Positions 8,925-18,230 of a stretch of 64,000 nucleotides of DNA are shown piece by piece; position 1 is the stretch's first letter, and the number at the start of each line of letters is the position of its first letter. The position numbers were made by a program, and so were the translations under genes. The DNA is from Bacteroidaceae bacterium (lineage in GTDB: Bacteria > Bacteroidota > Bacteroidia > Bacteroidales > Barnesiellaceae_A), in assembly GCA_017555825.1 (NCBI GenBank), contig JAFZFQ010000021.1:64459-128458 (forward strand), written 5' to 3'. The notes under the pieces are model-generated. The model saw only the letters and a list, made by a program, of their open reading frames with translations, was not told where the DNA came from and ran no database searches.

Positions 8925-9008
8925 AATAGCACCCATTTTTTGTGGGGATTGCATCTTATATATAGACAACAACTCCCCAATCGCGCGACCGGGGAGTTGT
9001 TATATGGT
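8925..9008. repeat. 84-bp direct repeat, copy 2
   Basis: 83/84 identical to 6854-6937. It lies 19 nt past the gldN stop codon, in the position of the gldN terminator. Confidence 0.95.
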
Positions 9009-9027
9009 GAGGAAAAATTGCTATCTC

Positions 9028-10155
9028 TTACTTTGTGCGACGCACCGAGCGGACGGGGGCGTTGCTACTTGAGCTTGAGCTCGATGACTTCTGTGCCTTG
9101 GGCTTTGAGCTCTTTTGCTTGGCTCCGCTACGCGATGAGCGCGACTCGGTTTTACTCTCTTTCTTCTCGGTTTTCTTTACCGAGCGTTTCTTGTCGTCTT
9201 TGGCTTCGGTTGCTGTAGCATCACCGCCTTCGGCCTCGGCTTTGGCCTCTTCGATGGCTGCTTTCTCCTCGGGGGTGAGCACCCAAAGTCCTTTTTCGAA
9301 CGAATCCAATGTCTTCTCTATGCTGTCTTGTGCATGGCGCAAGAGCGAGTCGGTGGGATATTGTTGCATGAGTGACTGGTTGCGCAGGTTGCGTGTCTTG
9401 TAGATGTCGCCATCGTACATGGCCATCTTGAAGTAGTCGTCGTAGCTGTGTTGCATGACTTGGTTGGCATCGCCGGTGATGATGTACTGTTGAGCCAAGT
9501 AGGGACGAATATCGTCATATTTGAGCCAGAACATGGGGTAACGCAAGGGCTCGCCACCAAAGTCGCCACTGCGGTGCAACACGGGGCAAATGGCTTCAAT
9601 CATAACATCGTAGCGCGATGTACCGCGATTGAAGGCGCACTTCTCGATAAGGTAGTATGACAGTACCTCGTAGCAGGGCACGTCGCTCTCGTCGATGACA
9701 AAGAGAGGGTTTTTCTCGGTGCTACCCTTTTGCTCGGTATAGAGTATAGAGAAGCGATCGAGCATCTCGCGTACATTGACCTTGTACTTGTCGGTAAATA
9801 CTTCACGACCGTCGAGGTACTCGTAGGCTGTAACCTTGTTGTCGGCAAGGAGGCGGAGAAGTATACGGAAGAGGTTTTGAAGGTCTTCGGTAGGATCCTC
9901 GGGATAGTAAAGCGGGAGGTTGGCATCCTTGGTGAGGTCGAGTTGGCGATATACGACACGCATCCAGGGAATATCTTTCTCGGCCGACGAGTTGGGCTCG
10001 TAGAGACCCTTGGCGCGCACTGAGAGGTTGTTCTCGGTTTCGTTTTTCTTGGCAGCCACATCATTGTCGGCACGGCGCACGACCTGTGCATCGGTTGCTG
10101 CGACAGTGAGCATTGAGATAGCTACAGTGGCGATGAGAGCACGTAACATTTTCAT
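9028..10155 (-). CDS. gldN: T9SS/gliding motility protein GldN (PorN)
   Basis: 375 aa with a signal peptide. It is the last gene of the gldK-L-M-N block. The body resembles GldN (…LDLTKDANLPLYYP…LFRILL…). It has an extra K/S/E-rich C-terminal tail. Confidence 0.8.
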   Translation of the reverse strand: MKMLRALIATVAISMLTVAATDAQVVRRADNDVAAKKNETENNLSVRAKGLYEPNSSAEKDIPWMRVVYRQLDLTKDANLPLYYPEDPTEDLQNLFRILLRLLADNKVTAYEYLDGREVFTDKYKVNVREMLDRFSILYTEQKGSTEKNPLFVIDESDVPCYEVLSYYLIEKCAFNRGTSRYDVMIEAICPVLHRSGDFGGEPLRYPMFWLKYDDIRPYLAQQYIITGDANQVMQHSYDDYFKMAMYDGDIYKTRNLRNQSLMQQYPTDSLLRHAQDSIEKTLDSFEKGLWVLTPEEKAAIEEAKAEAEGGDATATEAKDDKKRSVKKTEKKESKTESRSSRSGAKQKSSKPKAQKSSSSSSSSNAPVRSVRRTK

Positions 10156-10191
10156 AATATATATATGTTTATATGCGTTTATCTTGGTTTA

Positions 10192-11760
10192 TCAGTTTAC
10201 AATAACTTCTATGGGCGAGAGGTCGCGGGTGATGCCGTCGGGACCTATAGCCTTGATGTTTGATATATAGAAGCGTTTGCCTCGGCTCAAGCGGTTGATA
10301 GCATCGCCTTGACGTTTCGAGAAGTTGGGACCTTCCGACTTTTCGAGCAGAGCATTACCCATCTGGTCGAAGGTAACGAGCTCGAAGCTCAAGACGTTGA
10401 ACGACACGTTTACCAATCCGTCGTCGATAGCAGCACCGAGGGTTGTCACACCGCGCAAGAGGCCCTTAGAGAAGGGCTTGCCACCCTTGTAGTGGAGTTC
10501 TTGTCCGTTGGCATCCTTGTAGGGTATGTAGGGTGTGGGGTCGGGCAAGCGACGTACACGGAAGGCTGTAGTAGCTACGGTTTGTGTGTGTCCGTCCATT
10601 GTTGCCGTTACGGTAATTACAGCATCTTCGCCTACGTTGGCAGGCTTGGCCTCCCACAAGTCGCCATTGCGAGTGAGCGTACCGTTGGTCATTGTAGCTT
10701 GGACAGCGTTGTTGGGGATACCGGGTACCGATATACTCACGGGGTTGGAGATACCGGCATACATTACGTTCATCATCGTTGCCGATACAGTAGCCGAGGG
10801 CTCGATAACGGTGTAGCTCGATGTGAAGTCGTGGCGGGTCGTAGTACCGTCGCCGTGAGGCACTTCGAGGTAGCCGTTGTAGTCGTATACACCTGTAGAA
10901 CCGCATAATACCTCATAAAGACCGTCTTTGTCGAGGGGCAATTGGTTGCCATTGACATAGATATTGGGCACTTGTGTGGTATCGATAGCAGCCAATACGA
11001 TGTTGGCACTGTACTTGCCACCTCGTATGATAACCTTAGAGTTGGGTATCACAAAGGCATCGAGCTTGTTTACACGCACGTCGCTGGCATCGATATTGGT
11101 AATGAGTGTGTTGAGAGCCATTTGCTCTACATACAACACATCGCTCTGCATCTTGGTGAGGATGGTAACAGCCGCTATGACGGGCATATTCTCAAAAAGA
11201 GTAGTCTCCCAAGCGATGGGATTGATTTGCTCGGCACGCGAGTTGATAGTGGTAGACAAGCACTCCTCGACGGTAGCCTTCTTGATAGAATCGGGCATGA
11301 GGTTGCTCACATAAGTACGATATGTGCTTATAGACTCGCGCAGGCGACCACCATGACGCATAGAGGGCGACAACATGACATACGATGCAGCCTCAAGGTC
11401 GTCTTGGCTCTTGATATTCTTCACATCGGCATCTTTGCCATCGGCTTTCTGCACGATGATGAGTTTGAGCGAGTCGATATAGTTATAGAGTTGGGTAGTG
11501 CGCTCGCGCAATTCGAGCGACTCCTTATACCACACGCCACCCTTTTCGGGGTTTTGCTCGTTGAAGTCGGCAAGTTGCTGATACAACGCATCATTACGTG
11601 CCGAAGCCGTAGCTGTGGTACGACCCAAACCCTCTTCGACTTGACGAAAACCGTTGAGCACATCGCTCGACACGTTCAACGCCAACATCGCAGTCAAGAC
11701 GATATACATGAGGTTTATCATCTTCTGACGAGGGGTGAGTTTTGTGCTATTTCCTGCCAT
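10192..11760 (-). CDS. gldM: T9SS/gliding motility protein GldM (PorM)
   Basis: The N-terminus KLTPRQKMINLMYIVLTAMLALNVSSDVL is the characteristic GldM start with a single TM helix. 522 aa, positioned between gldL and gldN. Confidence 0.9.
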   Translation of the reverse strand: MAGNSTKLTPRQKMINLMYIVLTAMLALNVSSDVLNGFRQVEEGLGRTTATASARNDALYQQLADFNEQNPEKGGVWYKESLELRERTTQLYNYIDSLKLIIVQKADGKDADVKNIKSQDDLEAASYVMLSPSMRHGGRLRESISTYRTYVSNLMPDSIKKATVEECLSTTINSRAEQINPIAWETTLFENMPVIAAVTILTKMQSDVLYVEQMALNTLITNIDASDVRVNKLDAFVIPNSKVIIRGGKYSANIVLAAIDTTQVPNIYVNGNQLPLDKDGLYEVLCGSTGVYDYNGYLEVPHGDGTTTRHDFTSSYTVIEPSATVSATMMNVMYAGISNPVSISVPGIPNNAVQATMTNGTLTRNGDLWEAKPANVGEDAVITVTATMDGHTQTVATTAFRVRRLPDPTPYIPYKDANGQELHYKGGKPFSKGLLRGVTTLGAAIDDGLVNVSFNVLSFELVTFDQMGNALLEKSEGPNFSKRQGDAINRLSRGKRFYISNIKAIGPDGITRDLSPIEVIVN

Positions 11761-11765
11761 AGGAG

Positions 11766-12833
11766 TTATGCGTTTTCTTCGGTTGTGGTTGTATTATTTT
11801 TCTCGGGCTCTTGGGCTGCGGGTTGAGGTTGAGCCACGGTAGCAGCCATAGGATGATACATATTGATAGTCATCGCAGTAATCATCTTCTCGTATACCGA
11901 GTTGAGTTGTTGTATGTATTGAGTCATCTTCTCGGTCTCGCGGCAGTAGCGGTCGCTATCGCCCATGGCCGACTCATACATGCGACTGATATTCTTGATA
12001 CCCGAGTTTACACGATCTATATTGTCGAGTTGCGAGCTCACGCTCTTCAACTGTATCTCGTAGATGGTATTCAAGCCATTGATATTGCGATTGAGTGTCT
12101 CCATTTGCTCTACATAGCCGGTAGATTGCTCGTTGAGGCCATCAGAGTTGGAAGTGATGGCTTGGTATGAGTTGAGCAAAGTATTGGATACTTGAGTGAG
12201 CGACTCGGTAGCTGTGCGCAATTGATCCATTTGAGCCGAAATAGCAGCCAACTGCGACAAGTATTGTTGAGTAGCATCGGTGAGCTCGGCCATGCGCGAG
12301 AGCTGATCGGCAGCAGCCGACATCTTTTGGATGCTTTCGCTGAGGCTCTTTGAGTCCTCCTCGCTGAGATCGATACCCTCGGGTATACCCACAGCACGAC
12401 GAGCGTCGGTAGGAGTTACTTGCACACCGCCGGCATGGTCGATGTTAGCGCCACCTACTACACCACCTACTACGCCACCTTCGGGAGCGGCATTGATGAT
12501 TACAGTACCGCCGTTGCCACCAACGATACCGCCACCGCCACCACCAAATTGCGGACGGTCTTCTTTGTCGCGTGTAGCAAGTACAGGAAATACATCTTCC
12601 CAATGGTACGACTTGCCGGGATTATCGAATGCCGAGAGGATAAACATCACAACCTCGGTACCCATACCCAACGACAAGAGGAAGTTGCCACCAGGAAGGT
12701 GAAGAATCTTGAAGAGTGCACCCCAAATAACGACGGCAGCACCTATACTATATGCAAAGTTGAAAAAACGTTGTCCGTTTTCGCTCGACAAAAATTCGGC
12801 GACTTTACTTTTATATTTTTTATATTTTCCCAT
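11766..12833 (-). CDS. gldL: T9SS/gliding motility protein GldL (PorL)
   Basis: The N-terminus has two TM helices (FFNFAYSIGAAVVIWGALFKILHLPGG...GMGTEVVMFILSAFD), typical of GldL. A Gly-rich linker is followed by a coiled-coil C-terminal half. Confidence 0.9.
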   Translation of the reverse strand: MGKYKKYKSKVAEFLSSENGQRFFNFAYSIGAAVVIWGALFKILHLPGGNFLLSLGMGTEVVMFILSAFDNPGKSYHWEDVFPVLATRDKEDRPQFGGGGGGIVGGNGGTVIINAAPEGGVVGGVVGGANIDHAGGVQVTPTDARRAVGIPEGIDLSEEDSKSLSESIQKMSAAADQLSRMAELTDATQQYLSQLAAISAQMDQLRTATESLTQVSNTLLNSYQAITSNSDGLNEQSTGYVEQMETLNRNINGLNTIYEIQLKSVSSQLDNIDRVNSGIKNISRMYESAMGDSDRYCRETEKMTQYIQQLNSVYEKMITAMTINMYHPMAATVAQPQPAAQEPEKNNTTTTEENA

Positions 12834-12866
12834 TTTATTTTTCCTAAACGAAGTTTGACGTTACAT

Positions 12867-14288
12867 TTATTTACCACGGCCTTTGGCAAAGCCCACTTGG
12901 GTGCGCACACAGCGGAAGCCGATGTATGAGCGTTGCTCGTTTTGATACTCCCACATGCGGAGGTCGGCGCGCACATAGTGCGACACATCTTTCCACGAGC
13001 CACCACGCACGATTTTACGTTTCATGCGATAGGGGTCCTCCTTGGCAGCATTATACTTATACTCGGGGTTCATATCGCTGGTGATGTGGCTCAGAGCCTC
13101 GTTGTATGAGGTTGAAGTCCACTCCGACACGTTACCTGCCATGTCATAGAGACCAAAGTCGTTGGGGGTATATGTACCTACACGGGCAGTGATAAGGTGT
13201 CCGTCGCGCACATAATCGCCATCGCCGGGCTTAAAGTTGGCATAGAAGCAGCCACGGTCATCGACCGACTCTTCGCCACTCCAGGGATACATATTCTTGC
13301 TATCGCCCATGCGAGCTGCAAACTCCCACTCGGCCTCGGTAGGCAAGCGATAGGGTTCTACGATAACAGGGTTGTTGCCCAACGATGCTACATAGAATTG
13401 TGTACGCCATTGGCAGAAGGCATTGGCTTGATCCCACGACACACCCACTACAGGATAGTCGTTGTAGCCCGCATGTGCAAAGTACATGCGCACATAAGGC
13501 TCGTTGTAGGCATTGTCAAAGTCATTTATCCACACAGTAGTGTCGGGATATATATTAACAATGTATGTATTCAAGAAATCATACTCGCTCGATAGCTGGC
13601 GAGTGATGGTTTCGCGATGTATCTTACCCTCATCATCGATGTAGGCAGTATCTTTCGAGATCATTATAATCTCGTTATAGTCTACAGGCACATCGGTATT
13701 GAGGTTGCGCAACTCGGGGTTGAGGCGGTTGCGACGCTTCGAGGCCTCGGTGTAGTCATACACCTCATAGCGGTAGTTGAGCTGAGCCACATCGAGCTCC
13801 TTGCGACCTGTAATGGGGTTGATGCGATATACACTCTCTATAGCGCGAGCCTCATCTTCGTTGGGGTTGCGCCAGGGTATAGCCTTGTTCCAGTTGAGAT
13901 AGGGCTTAATAGGATTACCCTCTTTGTCCTCCTCAATCTTGAACACCTCGTTGCCACCGTATGCGGGGTCGGCAAGGCGCTCGCGGATGATAGAGTCGCG
14001 CACCCAGAATACAAATTGCTTATACTTCGAGTTGGTAATCTCAGTCTCGTCCATGTAGAAAGCATCTACCGAAATGCCATGAGCATCCTTGGCAACGCCC
14101 CACACGCTATCTTTCTCGGCAGGTCCCATTTTGAAAGCACCACGGCTCACCAATACCATACCGTATGGAGCCGGCTCGGCCCACGACATGCCACCAACAC
14201 CGGTCACTTCGCCCGAGTTTTGGTTGCTCGGGGCACATGCTACCAACAGTGTTGCAGCGGCGATTAAGAACATCAAACTTCTTTTCAT
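12867..14288 (-). CDS. gldK: T9SS lipoprotein GldK (PorK), formylglycine-generating-enzyme (SUMF1) fold
   Basis: Lipobox LLVAC; the SUMF1-like C-terminal region includes RGGSWKD and FRCVR. 473 aa, directly upstream of gldL. Confidence 0.9.
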   Translation of the reverse strand: MKRSLMFLIAAATLLVACAPSNQNSGEVTGVGGMSWAEPAPYGMVLVSRGAFKMGPAEKDSVWGVAKDAHGISVDAFYMDETEITNSKYKQFVFWVRDSIIRERLADPAYGGNEVFKIEEDKEGNPIKPYLNWNKAIPWRNPNEDEARAIESVYRINPITGRKELDVAQLNYRYEVYDYTEASKRRNRLNPELRNLNTDVPVDYNEIIMISKDTAYIDDEGKIHRETITRQLSSEYDFLNTYIVNIYPDTTVWINDFDNAYNEPYVRMYFAHAGYNDYPVVGVSWDQANAFCQWRTQFYVASLGNNPVIVEPYRLPTEAEWEFAARMGDSKNMYPWSGEESVDDRGCFYANFKPGDGDYVRDGHLITARVGTYTPNDFGLYDMAGNVSEWTSTSYNEALSHITSDMNPEYKYNAAKEDPYRMKRKIVRGGSWKDVSHYVRADLRMWEYQNEQRSYIGFRCVRTQVGFAKGRGK

Positions 14289-14291
14289 AAC

Positions 14292-15269
14292 TTACAGTAT
14301 ACGAATACTTTTATGTTTGGTTTTATTTTTATCTGATAAATCGAGTTTCAAGCTATATCCTACAAATACCTCATGGCTACCACTACTTGCTTTGAGCACT
14401 GCTGTGACGGGCAAATCATACGAATATCCGAGGATGAATCCCTTAAATTCGGCACCCAACATGATAGAGACCGCATCGTTCCATCGGTAGCCTAAACCAC
14501 CCCAGAAGAGCTTGTTATAACGCACTCGCACCGTCGCTTCGGCTGTAAACACGTTCAAATCGGTCGATACCAATATTGAGGGCTGTACTTCATATAACGG
14601 ATTTCTTAAAGGTATATTGCCTCCTGCCATAAAATAAAATTGGCGGGGCACAAAAAATTCATATCCATTGTCGTTTTGCGAGCCACTATCCTGGTATCGC
14701 ACAGTGGGCTCGGTGAGGTGCGTAGCCGAGAGTCCCACATGAAAATTGGGGTGCACATAATATATACCAAAGGCCGCATCAAATGCCATGCCCGACACCT
14801 CGGTAGTAGGTATATCCTCGTCCTCGCCGGGAGGTGTGTGGTGATCGCTGCTGGGTATCTCCACCTTTGAGCCATCAAATTTCTGGTCGACAAGACCAAG
14901 TTGCACACCAAAGCACAGGTAGCTCTTCTTGATTTTGAGCTTATAGGCATATTGCGCACCAAAGACCATGTTGGAGAAAAGACCCTCCTGTGTGCTGCTG
15001 AAGGCAACACCTATACCATGATGACCACCCAAGAAGCGCAACGGCATGTCGGCACGACCCCAGAACGACGACGGTGCACCCTCGATGCCCAACCACTGCT
15101 GGCGAGTACCGGCCAAGATGTTCATCTTGTCGCCCTGACCCGTAGCACCGGCATTGTAATACGACGGTGCAGCCCAATATTGCGAGAGCTGAATATCGGT
15201 CTGCGCTTGCACCACAAAGGGCACTACACACAGTGTGGCAAGGATAATATGTCGTAATATATGGCGCAT
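14292..15269 (-). CDS. porP: PorP/SprF family T9SS outer-membrane protein
   Basis: 325 aa with a signal peptide. The N-terminal motif is QLSQYWAAPSYYNAGATG (cf. FSQY...NPA..G of PorP/SprF). It ends 4 nt upstream of gldK, giving the canonical porP-porK-L-M-N order. Confidence 0.85.
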   Translation of the reverse strand: MRHILRHIILATLCVVPFVVQAQTDIQLSQYWAAPSYYNAGATGQGDKMNILAGTRQQWLGIEGAPSSFWGRADMPLRFLGGHHGIGVAFSSTQEGLFSNMVFGAQYAYKLKIKKSYLCFGVQLGLVDQKFDGSKVEIPSSDHHTPPGEDEDIPTTEVSGMAFDAAFGIYYVHPNFHVGLSATHLTEPTVRYQDSGSQNDNGYEFFVPRQFYFMAGGNIPLRNPLYEVQPSILVSTDLNVFTAEATVRVRYNKLFWGGLGYRWNDAVSIMLGAEFKGFILGYSYDLPVTAVLKASSGSHEVFVGYSLKLDLSDKNKTKHKSIRIL

Positions 15270-15360
15270 GTTGCTACTTTATACCATATATTATAACTGC
15301 AAAAAGTGGAGAAAATTGTATCGACATAATTTTTTTGTTGCAGATAGGCATAAAATGGAG

Positions 15361-16488
15361 CTATACCGGCCTATATACGCCGCCGGGGAAGGCTACGACG
15401 CAGCCTTTGAACTCCAGCTCGACGAGCATGGCCGATAGTGTGGCGATGGGGGTGTTGAGTTCTATTGCCATGCGGTTTATTTGGCCTTCGCCTTGGTTGG
15501 CAAGGTAGTGCATGATGTTTTGCTCGTCGGGGGTGAGGTTGGCAGTATCTACTACCGATAGTGATGCTTGCGTGGGTGCTGCCTTACGAGTAGCCCATCC
15601 CATAGCTTCTATGAGGTCGTCGGCACAGGTTATTAAGGCAGCTTTGTTGTTGCGTATGAGTTGGTTGCAACCCATAGAAGAGAGGTCACCAACCCTACCC
15701 GGCAAGGCAAACACATCGCGATGATAGTCGCCGGCTACTGTGGCGGTAAAGAGCGACCCACCCTTCAAGCCCGACTCTACCACAACCACCGCATCGGCAA
15801 GTCCGGCAACGATGCGATTGCGTGCCAAAAAGAAGCCTTTGTGCGTAATTTGTTGCGATGTGTATTCGGTGAAGAGTCCGCCTTGCTCAAGCATCTCGAT
15901 AGCTGTATTGCGATGTACCGATGGATATATCGTATTTAGGCCATGAGCCAATACGGCCGTGGTGGGCAGTCCATAGCGCAAGGCTGCGCGGTGTGCAGCA
16001 ACGTCTATACCATAGGCCAATCCGCTCACTATCAACGTGTCGGGACATGTATCGGAGAGCTCTTTTACCAATGTTTCTACAAAATTCTTGCCATAGGGCG
16101 TGGCATGGCGCGTACCTACAATACTCACTACATGAGGTGCTTGCAAGGCGGTACTATTGCCCTTGTAGTAGAGCATGAGGGGCGCATCGTCACACTCAAG
16201 CAGGCGTTGCGGATAGTCGCTATCGGTGAAAAAGAGTGGTGTAATACCTTTGTTACGAATAAATGTCACCTCGTCGCTTGCCACACGCAAGGCACGACCT
16301 CGCTCTTCTTGCGAGAACAACGAGCTGTTGCAACCCACAAGGTCGCTCAACTCGTGAGGCGTAAGGGTAAAGAAAGCCGACACATCGCCTACTTGCTGCA
16401 ACAGACTCTCGGCCAGCAGGCGATTCATGCCCTTGATGCTCGCCAAGGCTATGCGGTAGCGTAGTTGTTCGTCGGCAAAGGTATCCAT
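15361..16488 (-). CDS. dprA: DNA-processing protein DprA
   Basis: 375 aa. The Rossmann-like core contains IVSGLAYGIDVAAHRAAL and VVVESGLKGGSLFTA, and there is a C-terminal winged-helix region. Confidence 0.85.
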   Translation of the reverse strand: MDTFADEQLRYRIALASIKGMNRLLAESLLQQVGDVSAFFTLTPHELSDLVGCNSSLFSQEERGRALRVASDEVTFIRNKGITPLFFTDSDYPQRLLECDDAPLMLYYKGNSTALQAPHVVSIVGTRHATPYGKNFVETLVKELSDTCPDTLIVSGLAYGIDVAAHRAALRYGLPTTAVLAHGLNTIYPSVHRNTAIEMLEQGGLFTEYTSQQITHKGFFLARNRIVAGLADAVVVVESGLKGGSLFTATVAGDYHRDVFALPGRVGDLSSMGCNQLIRNNKAALITCADDLIEAMGWATRKAAPTQASLSVVDTANLTPDEQNIMHYLANQGEGQINRMAIELNTPIATLSAMLVELEFKGCVVAFPGGVYRPV

Positions 16489-16491
16489 GCG

Positions 16492-16902
16492 TTACTCTCC
16501 GTTGATGAGCTTGTTGTAATAGGGAGCAAATTCGTCGCCACGTGTGGGGCGACCGTTGCGGGTAAATACCGTGTCGACAACAGCCTTTACACAGCACTCG
16601 CCGGTAGTCTTTACAATCTCTTGGTAGAAGACATATCGCACACCTTCGCGACGCACATATAGGCGCGACAAGAACGACTCGCCACTGCGCAAGGGCGTTT
16701 TATAGTGTATCTCTACGCGTGTAACCACAGGAGCAATGCCTTGCGATACCAACTCGCCAAAACCGGGCCCCATCGACAACATAAACTCGTGACGGGTATG
16801 TTCGAGGTAGTGCTGATAGTTGGCATTATTGACTATACCCTCGATATCGAGTTCATAGTCGCGCACTTTAAATTCAAGTTCGTATATAAACGGGGCTTCC
16901 AT
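16492..16902 (-). CDS. acyl-CoA thioesterase, YbgC/4HBT hotdog family
   Basis: 136 aa. VRDYELDIEGIVNNANYQHYLEHTRHEF is the typical 4HBT N-terminal catalytic region. Confidence 0.75.
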   Translation of the reverse strand: MEAPFIYELEFKVRDYELDIEGIVNNANYQHYLEHTRHEFMLSMGPGFGELVSQGIAPVVTRVEIHYKTPLRSGESFLSRLYVRREGVRYVFYQEIVKTTGECCVKAVVDTVFTRNGRPTRGDEFAPYYNKLINGE

Positions 16903-16905
16903 ATC

Positions 16906-18150
16906 TTACTGCTCGTCGGTTATATCTTCGTAGTGTTGAAACAAGAAGTCGTTATAAGGGAAACGTTGTGTGTGTATCTCCTTGACACGTTGGTAAAGCA
17001 TCGCCTTCAACTCCTCGATATTGTCGCGCTCAACGGCCGAGATAAAGATACAGTTCTCGTTCATCTTGGCCATCCATGTTTCGCGTAGCTCGTCGAGCGA
17101 AATGTTTTCGCGGGTGCGAGGTGTGAGGTCGTCGGCAGCCTTTTCGACGTAGGTAAAGGCATCTATCTTGTTAAATACAATAATCATAGGCTTGTCCTCG
17201 TTGGGGCAGATGTCGTGCAAGGTGCGATTTACCACCTCGATTTGCTCCTCGAAGGCAGGGTGCGAAATATCTACCACATGCACCAACATATCGGCCTCGC
17301 GTACCTCATCGAGGGTAGACTTGAACGAGTCGACCAAGTGAGTAGGCAGCTTGCGTATGAAACCGACGGTATCGGAAAGCAAGAAGGGCAAGTTGTCGAT
17401 AATAACCTTGCGCACAGTGGTGTCGAGGGTAGCAAAGAGTTTGTTCTCGGCAAATACCTCCGACTTGCTGAGCAAGTTCATCAATGTCGATTTACCCACG
17501 TTGGTATATCCTACAAGCGCCACGCGCACCATTTTACCACGATTTTTGCGTTGTATAACCTTTTGGCGGTCGATACTGCGCAACTCCTCTTTGAGGCGCG
17601 AAATGCGGTCGAGAATGATACGACGGTCGGTCTCGATCTGAGTCTCACCGGGACCACGCATACCGATACCACCACGTTGGCGCTCCAAGTGAGTCCACAA
17701 GCGAGTGAGTCGAGGCAATAGGTATTGATATTGAGCAAGTTCTACTTGAGTCTTGGCATTAGCAGTCTGTGCACGAAGGGCAAAAATATCGAGAATGAGC
17801 GTTGTACGATCAAGGATTTTCACTTGCAACTCGCGCTCTATATTTTGCAACTGTTTGGGAGACAATTCGTCATCGAATATCACCAAACCCACGCCACCAT
17901 CTTCGTCCTCGGCACGCATTTCGATATAATCTTTTATCTCTTGCAACTTACCTGTACCAACATAGGTGCGAGTATTGGGATAGTCGAGACGTTGCAAGAA
18001 ACGACGCTCGGGTTGAGCACCTGCCGTCTCGGCAAGAAAAGCAAGCTCATCGAGATACTCGTTGGTCTTGGCCTCATTCTGACTCGCAGTAATAAGACCT
18101 ACAAGAATGGCGCGTTCGCTCGCCATCTGGGTATGGATAAAATCTTTCAT
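16906..18150 (-). CDS. hflX: GTPase HflX
   Basis: 414 aa with an HflX N-terminal domain. G1 is GYTNVGKSTL, G3 DTVGF and G4 NKID. Confidence 0.9.
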   Translation of the reverse strand: MKDFIHTQMASERAILVGLITASQNEAKTNEYLDELAFLAETAGAQPERRFLQRLDYPNTRTYVGTGKLQEIKDYIEMRAEDEDGGVGLVIFDDELSPKQLQNIERELQVKILDRTTLILDIFALRAQTANAKTQVELAQYQYLLPRLTRLWTHLERQRGGIGMRGPGETQIETDRRIILDRISRLKEELRSIDRQKVIQRKNRGKMVRVALVGYTNVGKSTLMNLLSKSEVFAENKLFATLDTTVRKVIIDNLPFLLSDTVGFIRKLPTHLVDSFKSTLDEVREADMLVHVVDISHPAFEEQIEVVNRTLHDICPNEDKPMIIVFNKIDAFTYVEKAADDLTPRTRENISLDELRETWMAKMNENCIFISAVERDNIEELKAMLYQRVKEIHTQRFPYNDFLFQHYEDITDEQ

Positions 18151-18196
18151 CTATGATATTTTACACTTATAAGGCGCAAAGATAGTGATTATTTCT

Positions 18197-18204
18197 TACA
18201 TTTG
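18197..18204 (+). promoter_or_regulatory. -7 box TACATTTG upstream of the CotH-family gene
   Basis: Exact TAnnTTTG match 27 nt upstream of the ATG at 18231. A divergent minus-strand TATCTTTG for hflX lies at 18177-18184. Confidence 0.45.
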
Positions 18205-18230
18205 CATATCACAACTCACACTACACTATC

